Shown in pieces: positions 44,084 to 52,684 of a stretch of DNA of 64,000 nt. The translations under genes and the position numbers were made by a program. The notes under the pieces are model-generated. The model was not told where the DNA came from. It was given only the letters and a program-made list of their open reading frames with translations, and made no database searches. The DNA comes from Pseudomonadota bacterium (GTDB taxonomy: Bacteria > Pseudomonadota > Alphaproteobacteria > Caulobacterales > Parvularculaceae), in contig JBCBBT010000001.1 of NCBI GenBank assembly GCA_038531315.1, positions 30,469 through 94,468 of the forward strand. The letters are read 5' to 3'. Within the stretch, counting starts at the first letter, position 1. Each line of letters begins with the position of its first letter.

Positions 44084-45700
44084 TTACGTCTCGCGTCTGA
44101 CATATTGACGTAGATGCACTGGCAACGCCGTGGGGGCTGGATATTTTTTTGACGCCGGCTCGACCGATTCTTCAACGGCTGGATCAACGGGCGCAGCGGC
44201 GGGCGCAAGTCCTTCAACGCTGAGCTCGCGGGCGCGAACGACGCGCGCCATGGCCACGGCGAACCCTGTCAAAAACCAGTCGATCTGTTCTGTTTGCGCG
44301 GAGCTGCTGGTTATTGCCATCATCGCCATCAACGCGGCGAGCGCGACAAAGACGCCGCGACATAATTCTGCGAGTTCCGGCGCAACACTGCGCGCTTTTT
44401 TGAAGGCCGACCAGATCATGCTCAAGGCGCATAAATGTGCGCCAAGATAAAAGGCGAGCCCGACATAACCGACCTCGAAGGCGATCTGCAGATATGAGTT
44501 CACGACGTCGATGATCCCCTGCCCCTGGATGAGCACCTGCATCTTCGGGTGTTCGTATACGTCGATACCGCCAAAAAGCGGCTTCTCACTTAAGACTTCC
44601 AGTGAAATATTCAGAAGGTCAAAACGATAATCGATCGTCTCCTGATCCCTGCCGCCAATGAACGGCAAAAGATCGGCGATCGTCCGTCCAAAGGGGCTAA
44701 ACAGACCTGCGATCATACCGACAATCGCGACCCCGCCAAACTTGAAAAGACGCTGAACGGCCTTCTGCCCGGTCAGGATATACAGCACCCCCGCCCCTGC
44801 AAGGCCTACCCACGCGCCGCGGGATAACGTGGAAAGAACGCCGATGACCGCCGCAAACAGAACGCCGTAGAACATGAATTTTCCACGCTTTACGAGCGAC
44901 AATAGCGGCAGGGTCAAAATGATCGCGAGGGTGACGGCGCTGCCAAAAAAGATCGGTGCAAATGTTGATCCGTATGCACGCAGATAACCGGATCGTTGGC
45001 TGTATAGTGAGGTTTGCGTACCGGCGCCCCACTGACCAGGTATGTGCCCATAAAAGTGCCAATGGCGCAGTGTTTCCAAAATGGCGAGACCGCCAAGCGT
45101 CAGGAGTGGAATCGCGAATGCGAGCGCCATCACGCGGCCGTCTTCGAGCGACTTTGGCCAGCGGCTGAAAACCACATAGGGCGCGGCGAGTGTGATCAAT
45201 ATCGTCACAGATCCGCGTAATCCGGTCGTCAGGTTTTCGTCACGGAAACCCAAAATCACGGAAAGCCCAAAAAAGAGAACGAAGAATAAATCCGTTAAGG
45301 AACCAATTGGGGCCGACTTGCGCATGCGCACGCCGATAAACATCGACGGGATCAATATCAGCACCGACAGCAACACGGCTGGTTTCAGTTCAATAAGGCT
45401 GTTGATGGGACCAAGCGAAATGATCCGGCCGAGGGGCGGCAGACACAACAGTAAGAGCAGATAAATGGCGGGATAAAATTTCTCGCCCCTGCCAAGCAGC
45501 AGGATCAAAATGCCGCTCAGGATCATGGCGACCCAGAAATCGGGGCTAAGGAATACGATGACCGTCGCGCCGAAAACGAGGGTCATCCAGACCGTAAGGC
45601 GCGCGCCGCCTATACTGTCGCGAAAAGACGTTCTGACGCTGAAAAACACTGCGCCGAAGGCGACCAGCAACACGACCAGTGCCCGTATCGACAAATCCAC
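44084..45700 (-). CDS. O-antigen ligase / Wzy-like polymerase family membrane protein
   Basis: Polytopic protein (at least 10 TM) with the Wzy_C-type loop motif LSTLSRGAWVGLAGAG. Confidence 0.72.
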   Translation of the reverse strand: MDLSIRALVVLLVAFGAVFFSVRTSFRDSIGGARLTVWMTLVFGATVIVFLSPDFWVAMILSGILILLLGRGEKFYPAIYLLLLLCLPPLGRIISLGPINSLIELKPAVLLSVLILIPSMFIGVRMRKSAPIGSLTDLFFVLFFGLSVILGFRDENLTTGLRGSVTILITLAAPYVVFSRWPKSLEDGRVMALAFAIPLLTLGGLAILETLRHWHFYGHIPGQWGAGTQTSLYSQRSGYLRAYGSTFAPIFFGSAVTLAIILTLPLLSLVKRGKFMFYGVLFAAVIGVLSTLSRGAWVGLAGAGVLYILTGQKAVQRLFKFGGVAIVGMIAGLFSPFGRTIADLLPFIGGRDQETIDYRFDLLNISLEVLSEKPLFGGIDVYEHPKMQVLIQGQGIIDVVNSYLQIAFEVGYVGLAFYLGAHLCALSMIWSAFKKARSVAPELAELCRGVFVALAALMAMMAITSSSAQTEQIDWFLTGFAVAMARVVRARELSVEGLAPAAAPVDPAVEESVEPASKKYPAPTALPVHLRQYVRRET

Positions 45701-45842
45701 GAAAAACCTCTTAAGCGCCTGCCTGAACGCGCCAACTGCGCCCGGCTTTTACTAGCCGTGATTTTTCGCTTTGTCCCGCAATTTGCGCGCCAGAAGACGA
45801 TCGGTCCGGGGGCGCGCCGTCAGAAGCGGGTTCGCGCGCCGA

Positions 45843-46493
45843 TCAGGCGCGCGCGATCGCGTAGCCCTTTTCCGTTTTGCGGGTGACGACGCCCTGAACG
45901 ACGCCGATTTTGACGGTTTCGCCAATATTGAGCGATTGCGTCGTGATGATTTCAATCCCGCTAAAGGAGATATTTGCAACTGAACAGCGAAAAACTTCAT
46001 TATTTGCGCGCGCACCGTCAATGAAATCAAGATCGACGGTGCGCCGCTCGTGTTGCCGTCTGTCGCTGATTTTGCCGCGCCGGTCAGAAAGGTCGCTTTC
46101 AATATCCTCGCGCGCAAAAAATGCTTCGATCGAGCGCTCGAGGCGCGCGAGTTTCGGCGTCGTCAAGTTCATTTTTACAGCGAAAGCGCCCTCTTCATGA
46201 CGCACGACGCGGCCTTCAAAGCGGCCGATTTCATCCATGTACGCGACGACCGTATCGCCGATATTGGGGAGTTTGCTGCCGCCAATCCGAAAGCCGTCCG
46301 GCGAGATATCGAGCAATTCGCCCTGATCTTCGAACCGGTCGATAACCATGAAACGCACCAGCGTATTAAGCTGACGGCGTTCGTGCTTGCGCCGATCATA
46401 TTTGCGCCGCGGCGGGACCGCTTCTCCCGAAAGACTGTCGAGCGATTCATCTAATGCGCGGTCTTGCCAACGGCTTTCAAGCGCTTCAGACAT
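45843..46493 (-). CDS. Tandem PilZ-domain protein (putative c-di-GMP receptor)
   Basis: Two RxxxR ... D/NxSxxG pairs: RRKHERR...DISPDGFRI and RRQHERR...ANISFSGIEI. Confidence 0.8.
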   Translation of the reverse strand: MSEALESRWQDRALDESLDSLSGEAVPPRRKYDRRKHERRQLNTLVRFMVIDRFEDQGELLDISPDGFRIGGSKLPNIGDTVVAYMDEIGRFEGRVVRHEEGAFAVKMNLTTPKLARLERSIEAFFAREDIESDLSDRRGKISDRRQHERRTVDLDFIDGARANNEVFRCSVANISFSGIEIITTQSLNIGETVKIGVVQGVVTRKTEKGYAIARA

Positions 46494-46631
46494 GATGTTC
46501 TCCCTTCATCATATCGGCGGCTGTGCAATGGTTTTTCAACGCCGCCCACGGATAGAACGGTAAACCGCCAGAAACTATCATTTCGTATCTGAATTGTATA
46601 AAAATCTAATTAAAAGCGATTTTTTCTCATT

Positions 46632-47504
46632 TTATAATATTTTTTCTACTTCTGATTGCTTCGGTAAGGCTGATTGAGCGCCCAAACGCGTTGTCGCCAG
46701 CGCCCCGGCGGCGCAGGCCTGCGTCAACGCGTCCTCAGGCGCCGCGCTGGCGGCCAGCGCCGTCGTCAGCGCAGCGCTGAAACAATCGCCGGCCCCGGTC
46801 GTGTCCATGACAACGACTTGCGGCGGGCGCGCCCGCGCAAGCTCGACGCCGGCGCGGCTCAAAATGGCGCCCTCGCCGCCGAGGGTCACCGCCAGCAGGC
46901 CTTTAAATTGCGCCATCGCATCCGGCGCGTCTTTCTTTAGGGCGTCATATTCGCCTTCATTAACAATCAGGAGGTCGGCGCGCGCCAGAAGCGCCGGACC
47001 GATCGGGGCCATGGGCGCGGCGTTGAGCGCAAAAAAGACGTCGCGATTTTCAACCGCTTTCAACGTTGCGGCCTGCGGCGTTTCAAGCTGCGCCAACACC
47101 GCGTCGGCGGCGCAGTCAGGCACATGCGCCGGTGCGAGCTCATAATTGGCGCCGGAAGCAACCGCGATCTGGTTTTCACCATCGCCGGCGACGACAATGA
47201 AAGCGGCGCCGGTCGGAGCCGTCTCGCTGCGCGACACGGCGCTGAGATCAACACCGTCAGCGTGAAGATTTGAAAGGGCGGCTTGTGCGTATGCGTCCGT
47301 CCCGACGCGCGCGCAGAGCGTGACGTCCGCGCCGAGCCGGCGGGCCGCCAGCGCCTGGTTCGCGCCTTTGCCGCCGGGCGTGGTCGTGAAGGCCCCGCCC
47401 GTGACCGTCTCACCCGGCGCCGGCAGGCTCTTTGCGGTGATGACAAAGTCGAGATTGACCGATCCGACCACCAACAACTTCACTGGTTTCCTTGTCCCCG
47501 TCAT
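46632..47504 (-). CDS. rbsK: Ribokinase (PfkB family)
   Basis: VVGSVNLDF, GGKGANQALAA and the C-terminal DTTGAGDCF motif. Confidence 0.85.
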   Translation of the reverse strand: MTGTRKPVKLLVVGSVNLDFVITAKSLPAPGETVTGGAFTTTPGGKGANQALAARRLGADVTLCARVGTDAYAQAALSNLHADGVDLSAVSRSETAPTGAAFIVVAGDGENQIAVASGANYELAPAHVPDCAADAVLAQLETPQAATLKAVENRDVFFALNAAPMAPIGPALLARADLLIVNEGEYDALKKDAPDAMAQFKGLLAVTLGGEGAILSRAGVELARARPPQVVVMDTTGAGDCFSAALTTALAASAAPEDALTQACAAGALATTRLGAQSALPKQSEVEKIL

Positions 47505-48454
47505 GAGAGCTTTTCCAGGTATGAGAGCAGAAGCGCAAAAAACCCGTCGCGATTGACGCTATGGGCCCAACGCGCGTTCGCCGGCAGGTCGGTCGCATTC
47601 CAGAAATCGACCGATGTATGACCGAGGGTCACCGGCGACTGCGTTTCAATCCTGATATTACAGTCTTTGAACTGAAAGAGCGACGGCTCAAGCAAATATC
47701 CAATGGTGCACGGATCATGGAGCGGCGCGCCGTCGGTTTGGAAACGATTGGCGTCGACGAACGCATATTTCGCCAGAATATCATGCGCCGCGCTCGCAGC
47801 GTTGCGGCCGGTTGCGCGCAATGCCTCCAACAGCGCCGGCGTTGTAATCAGCTGATGCGTCACATCGAGCCCAATCGCCGTGATCGGGCGTCCACAATCG
47901 AAAACGATCGCCGCGGCGTCAGGGTCGGCAAAAATATTGTATTCCGCCGACGGCGTGACATTGCCGCCTTCGCGCATCGCCCCGCCCATGATGACGATCT
48001 CGGCGACGCCGCTGAGCGCGTCCGGCGCGGTCTCAATGAGCTGCGCAACGTTGGTGAGCGGGCCCGTGGCGACAAGCGTGACCTCGTTTGGCGCGCAGGC
48101 GCGCAAATGATCGATCATGAACGCGACGCCGCCCTGAGGCTGTAACGGCGTGCGCGGCTCGAAAATCTCGATCCCCTCCAGCCCCTCGCGCCCGTGCACG
48201 TGGTCGGCGACTTCAAGCGCGCGCTTCAATGGCCGATCGGCGCCGGCGTAGATCGCAACATCCGTGCGCCCCGCAATATCGGCGATAAGCCGCGCATTGC
48301 GCGCCGTCTTGTCGAGCGACACATTACCCGCGACGGCGACAATCGCGCGAATGTCGAGCGCGTCATGCGCCGCAAAGGCGAGCAATAGCATTATCGCATC
48401 GTCCTGGCCCGGATCGCAGTCGATGATAATCGGGCGTTTTTCTGCTTGCGTCAC
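47501..48454 (-). CDS. Inosine/uridine-preferring nucleoside hydrolase
   Basis: N-terminal IIIDCDPGQDDAIMLLLA aspartate cluster of the IUNH family. It overlaps both neighbouring genes. Confidence 0.9.
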   Translation of the reverse strand: MTQAEKRPIIIDCDPGQDDAIMLLLAFAAHDALDIRAIVAVAGNVSLDKTARNARLIADIAGRTDVAIYAGADRPLKRALEVADHVHGREGLEGIEIFEPRTPLQPQGGVAFMIDHLRACAPNEVTLVATGPLTNVAQLIETAPDALSGVAEIVIMGGAMREGGNVTPSAEYNIFADPDAAAIVFDCGRPITAIGLDVTHQLITTPALLEALRATGRNAASAAHDILAKYAFVDANRFQTDGAPLHDPCTIGYLLEPSLFQFKDCNIRIETQSPVTLGHTSVDFWNATDLPANARWAHSVNRDGFFALLLSYLEKLS

Positions 48455-49293
48455 GCTTGCGCCTCCGCAATTTGCGGCGCCAGACGCTCAATGAGCGCGC
48501 TGATATTCTCGCCGGCGACGCGCGCATGGGCCAAAACTTCTTCGATTGTGTCGGGCTGTTGGTTGGGCCCGCCGTCGGCCTTGTTGGTGATGGCTGACAA
48601 TCCGAGAACTTTCATGCCGCAATGATTGGCCGCGATGACTTCTAGAACCGTCGACATGCCGACCGCGTCGGCGCCCATTTGATGAAACGAGCGGCGCTCG
48701 GCGGATGTCTCCAGCGAGGGGCCGAGCACGCCGGCGTATACGCCCTCGCGCAAGACGATGCCCGCCTCTTGCGCGACCGCGCGCGCCGCTGCGCGCAACG
48801 CGCGGTCATAAGCTTGCGACATATCGACGAAGCGCGGCCCGATCTCAGGGGTCTCCTCGCCAAGCGTCGGGTTCGCGCCCGTCAGATTAATGTGATCGCT
48901 GATCGCCATGATCTCGCCCGGCGCATAGCCCGGGTTCAGGCCGCCAGCCGCATTGGTGACGATCAAGGTGCGCACGCCGAGACTGTGGAGCATATAGACC
49001 GGCATCGCGACATCGAGCGCGCTCGCGCCCTCGTAAAGATGAATGCGCCCCTCACAAATCGCAACGCGCGTCCCGGCGATGACCCCGGCGCGCAGCCGTC
49101 CGGCATGGCCCGGCGCTGTCGCCGCCGTCAGACCGTCAATCGCGCTATACGCCAAGCCAGGCCCGTCGCCCGCTTTTTCCGCGAGCGCGCCGAGGCCGCT
49201 GCCGAGGACCAAACCGATGGGCGCACGCCAGTCGCCGCCCGCCGTCTTCAAAGACGCCGCCGTCCGCGCCAGACGCGCGCGCAACGCCGTCAT
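48451..49293 (-). CDS. Purine nucleoside phosphorylase (trimeric PNP/XapA-type family)
   Basis: LVLGSGLG, TNAAGGL and GADAVGMSTVLEV motifs. Start set at ATG 49293, which forms an ATGA overlap with the upstream small ORF. Confidence 0.88.
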   Translation of the reverse strand: MTALRARLARTAASLKTAGGDWRAPIGLVLGSGLGALAEKAGDGPGLAYSAIDGLTAATAPGHAGRLRAGVIAGTRVAICEGRIHLYEGASALDVAMPVYMLHSLGVRTLIVTNAAGGLNPGYAPGEIMAISDHINLTGANPTLGEETPEIGPRFVDMSQAYDRALRAAARAVAQEAGIVLREGVYAGVLGPSLETSAERRSFHQMGADAVGMSTVLEVIAANHCGMKVLGLSAITNKADGGPNQQPDTIEEVLAHARVAGENISALIERLAPQIAEAQA

Positions 49294-49544
49294 TGGCCGC
49301 GTCCCATCATCAACGCCCGCGTCAGGCCGACGGCGCTGATCGCCAGCCAAAACAATTCGATCACAAACGATGCGGTGTTGAAGGTGTGCATCAGTGAAAA
49401 CAGGATCAAAAGCGCGCCCAGGCCGTTGAGCGTGGGATAAAGCGGGCGATTGACGTCCATCTTTCCGATTTGTGAAAGAAAGTAGGTCGCGACGATAAAA
49501 AAGACGCCGACGAGGCCGACGCCGTCCGCGAAAGTCAGGGCCAT
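49290..49544 (-). CDS. Small (84 aa) three-TM membrane protein, first gene of the nucleoside operon
   Basis: MALTFADGVGLVGVFFIVATYFL...LGALLILFSLMH...FVIELFWLAISAVGL. It is translationally coupled to the PNP gene. The upstream part of the track ORF looks non-coding. Confidence 0.55.
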   Translation of the reverse strand: MALTFADGVGLVGVFFIVATYFLSQIGKMDVNRPLYPTLNGLGALLILFSLMHTFNTASFVIELFWLAISAVGLTRALMMGRGQ

Positions 49545-49658
49545 AAAGTCATCAAGCTCCAAAATAACGGGTCGAACGAACAAATTCGCGGCGGCGACGC
49601 CGCCGCCAACGCGGTGTTTCCACAGCGCCGGCCAGTATAATGGCGGTTCAGGGGGGCG

Positions 49659-49672
49659 GGGAAACGTTTCCC
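49659..49672. promoter_or_regulatory. LacI/GalR-type operator-like perfect palindrome GGGAAACGTTTCCC
   Basis: 14-bp perfect palindrome with a central CG, about 115 bp upstream of the nucleoside operon start. Confidence 0.5.
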
Positions 49673-50211
49673 ACAAACTGTAGGAAAGTTTTCCGCATAT
49701 CCTGCTATCGCCCTGTTTTTCGCACGCTTTTTCTAAGGTCGCCAGGCGCAAATAAGTGCGCGCGCGCCGCGTCGCGGACACAGCCGCGAGCGCACGCGAT
49801 TTGCGCGCGACGCCATGTGTCGCCTTTTCCCGCGACTGTGTCCGCAAGCACGCAGTTCGATGACAGATTTATGATAAGACGCGGTCGCGCGACCGAAGAA
49901 TCGCCGCAGTTTTTGTTTCGCGGCGCTCGCCGCCACACGGCGACAAGCGGCCGTACCGAACCGAACGCATTTAACGAAGCGCCATGAAAAAGGGCGCACA
50001 AAAAATCATATCAAGGGGCGCGAAATGGCCAACGATAAAATCGCCATCTGGTTGCGTATTCGGCGATAGTGTCTCAGGGGGTTTTTGGGGGTTACGAGTG
50101 GCCAGTTAGGAATGGCCAATTACGAGTGGCGGATTATGATCGGCAAGTCAGCACACTGATTTCCGGATGATAGCGCTGGCTCTAGTTCGACGGGTCAAGA
50201 TAGGGAAAACC

Positions 50212-52596
50212 ATGTCACGCACAAAAATCTTTTTCATGAACACGATTGCGGCGACAGCAATGATCGCATCCAGTGCAATAGCTCAAGAAGGCGGGGGCCT
50301 TGATGAGATCACTGTCACGGCCACGCGCCAGAGCGAGAACCTGCAGGATATTCCAGTGTCCGTCGCCGTTGTGTCAGGTGAGAAACTCGATGTTCTCGGA
50401 TCCGGCGGCCTTGACGTCCGGTTTTTGTCGGCGCGCATTCCGAGTTTGCAAATTGAATCCTCCTTTGGACGGACCTTCCCGCGGTTTTACATTCGCGGCC
50501 TCGGCAACACCGATTTCGACCTCAACGCCTCGCAGCCGGTATCCCTCGTATTTGACGATGTCATCCTTGAAAACCCGATCCTCAAAGGGTTTCCTGTTTT
50601 TGACCTTGAACGGATCGAGGTGTTGCGCGGCCCGCAGGGCACGCTCTTTGGACGCAATACGCCGGCTGGCATCGTCAAATTCGATTCTAAGAAACCAACC
50701 GATGAATTCGACGCCTACGGACAGGTTTCCTATGGCCGGTTCAACGCCGTAAACTGGGAAGGCGCCATTGGCGGGCCGATCTCAGATACGCTTTCGGTGC
50801 GCGTTTCGACGCTTTTTCAACGCCGCGACGATTTTGTCGATAACCTTGCGCCGGGTTTTGAACAGGAAGACGCCCTTGAAGGCTTTAATGAGTTTGCCGG
50901 CCGGGCGCAGGTCTTGTGGGAGCCGAACGACCGTTTGTCCGTCCTCGGCAACGCCCATGGGCGACGCCTGCGCGGCACGGCGCGTTTGTTCCGCGCCAAC
51001 ATCGCGACCGGCGACAGCGACGGCGTCGCCGATACGCTGACTATCCAGAACGATCCGCTTGACCCGACGGCGGGATCGCAGACCTTTGATTTTGATCGCC
51101 AGCAGGCGTTTGTCGACGGCGTCAACTTTCAGGAAGTCAACGAATTCGGCGCCATCTTGAACGCGAGCTATGATTTCGGCCCTGTGACGCTGACGTCGAT
51201 TTCCGGCTATGAAAGCGCTGAAATTTTCACGCGCGGCGATATTGACGGCGGCACGGGCGATTTCTTCGAGGCGGACTTTTTGCAAAACGTTCTCGGCCTG
51301 CCGCCGACGCCGATTGGCCCCGGCGCCGGCGTAAACCCGCTCATTATCCCCTTCCGCGCCGATACGCAGGATAATATTCCGAGCCTCAATCAGTTGACGC
51401 AGGAATTCCGCCTCGCTTCAAACGGCGACGGGCGTTTCAATTGGCAGACCGGCTTCTTCTACTTCTACGAGGAAGTCGACATTGAAACGATCGACTTCGG
51501 CGATGAAGCGGTGGCGCCGGGCGAAGACACCCCGCAGGCGCTCTCGACGCAGACGCAGATCACGAATTCCTGGGCGCTTTTCGGCTCTGTCGATATTGAT
51601 GTGACCGACCGTCTCAATCTACGCGGCGGCGTTCGGTATACGGATGAGGAAAAGAGCCTATCCGCCTTTCGCCCGATCGATGGTCGCCCTGGGTTCCTCG
51701 GCTTTGGCGGGCCTTTCACGCCGCAACAGGTCGACACCGAAGACGGGGTCGTGAGCTGGGACGTATCGGCGACCTATGCGCTCGACCAGGACACCAACCT
51801 TTACGCGCGCATCGCCCGCGGCTTCCGCGCACCGAGTATTCAGGGCCGTATCGCCTTTTTTGCCTTCGACGGAACCAACGCCGCAAACTCGGTGACAGTC
51901 GGCGATACGGAAACCAACATCTCGTTTGAAGGCGGCATCAAATCGACGCTGGCCGGCGGGCGGGCGCGCCTTAATCTTGGCGGCTTTTATTACACCATCG
52001 ATAACCAGCAGCTGACCGCTGTGGGCGGCACGCAAAACTTCAACTCGCTGTTGAACGCGGATGAGACCGTCGGTTACGGGTTTGAATTCGATCTCGACTG
52101 GCAGGTGAACGACAATCTTCTCGTTACAGCGGGCACAAGCTACAACTTTACGGAAATTCGCGACCCCGGCCTGACGACGGCGGGGTGCGGTTTTCTTCAG
52201 TGCACGATCACCGACCCGTTCACAGTGGTTGGCGGCGTACCGATCGTGAATATTGACGGCAACCGCCTGCCCCAGGCGCCGCGCTGGATCGCCAACTGGA
52301 CAGCGCGCTACGGCGTTCCGTTCCGCGATGGCGAATTGTTCGTCTTCACAGACTGGGCGCTCCGCACCCGGGTGAATTTCTTCCTGTATGAGTCGCTCGA
52401 ATTCCAGGACGACTTCCTGATCGAAGGCGGCCTGCGGGCCGGCTATGTCTGGGCGGACGGCAAGCGCGAACTTGCGGCGTTCGGGCGCAACATCACGAAC
52501 GATCTGTCGCTTACGGGGGCGATCGACTTCAACAACCTCACCGGCTTTATCAACGAGCCGCCTACCTGGGGCGTTGAATTCAGAACCAGTTTCTAA
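50212..52596 (+). CDS. TonB-dependent outer-membrane receptor
   Basis: Signal peptide, TonB-box/plug region (LDEITVTATR, ERIEVLRGPQGTLFGRNTPAG), a long beta-barrel, and a terminal aromatic residue (EFRTSF). Confidence 0.92.
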   Translation: MSRTKIFFMNTIAATAMIASSAIAQEGGGLDEITVTATRQSENLQDIPVSVAVVSGEKLDVLGSGGLDVRFLSARIPSLQIESSFGRTFPRFYIRGLGNTDFDLNASQPVSLVFDDVILENPILKGFPVFDLERIEVLRGPQGTLFGRNTPAGIVKFDSKKPTDEFDAYGQVSYGRFNAVNWEGAIGGPISDTLSVRVSTLFQRRDDFVDNLAPGFEQEDALEGFNEFAGRAQVLWEPNDRLSVLGNAHGRRLRGTARLFRANIATGDSDGVADTLTIQNDPLDPTAGSQTFDFDRQQAFVDGVNFQEVNEFGAILNASYDFGPVTLTSISGYESAEIFTRGDIDGGTGDFFEADFLQNVLGLPPTPIGPGAGVNPLIIPFRADTQDNIPSLNQLTQEFRLASNGDGRFNWQTGFFYFYEEVDIETIDFGDEAVAPGEDTPQALSTQTQITNSWALFGSVDIDVTDRLNLRGGVRYTDEEKSLSAFRPIDGRPGFLGFGGPFTPQQVDTEDGVVSWDVSATYALDQDTNLYARIARGFRAPSIQGRIAFFAFDGTNAANSVTVGDTETNISFEGGIKSTLAGGRARLNLGGFYYTIDNQQLTAVGGTQNFNSLLNADETVGYGFEFDLDWQVNDNLLVTAGTSYNFTEIRDPGLTTAGCGFLQCTITDPFTVVGGVPIVNIDGNRLPQAPRWIANWTARYGVPFRDGELFVFTDWALRTRVNFFLYESLEFQDDFLIEGGLRAGYVWADGKRELAAFGRNITNDLSLTGAIDFNNLTGFINEPPTWGVEFRTSF

Positions 52597-52620
52597 AAGC
52601 TGGCGGTTTTTGCATTTTAC

Positions 52621-52656
52621 CCCCTCCGCAGCGCTGCGCTGCGGAGGGGTTTTTTT
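52621..52656 (+). terminator. Strong intrinsic terminator after the TonB-dependent receptor gene
   Basis: 13-bp perfect stem CCCCTCCGCAGCG-ctg-CGCTGCGGAGGGG followed by TTTTTTT. Confidence 0.9.
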
Positions 52657-52684
52657 CGCCGCAAATCTCACGCCCCCTCGCGAT

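Noticed and set aside
49848-50211. Possible riboswitch (cobalamin or TPP) in the 360-bp leader of the TonB-dependent receptor gene.
   Set aside because: I could not find the B12 box (GCCACTG-type core) or the TPP CTGAGA/ACCTGA elements. Only short direct repeats are present, and these are reported separately.
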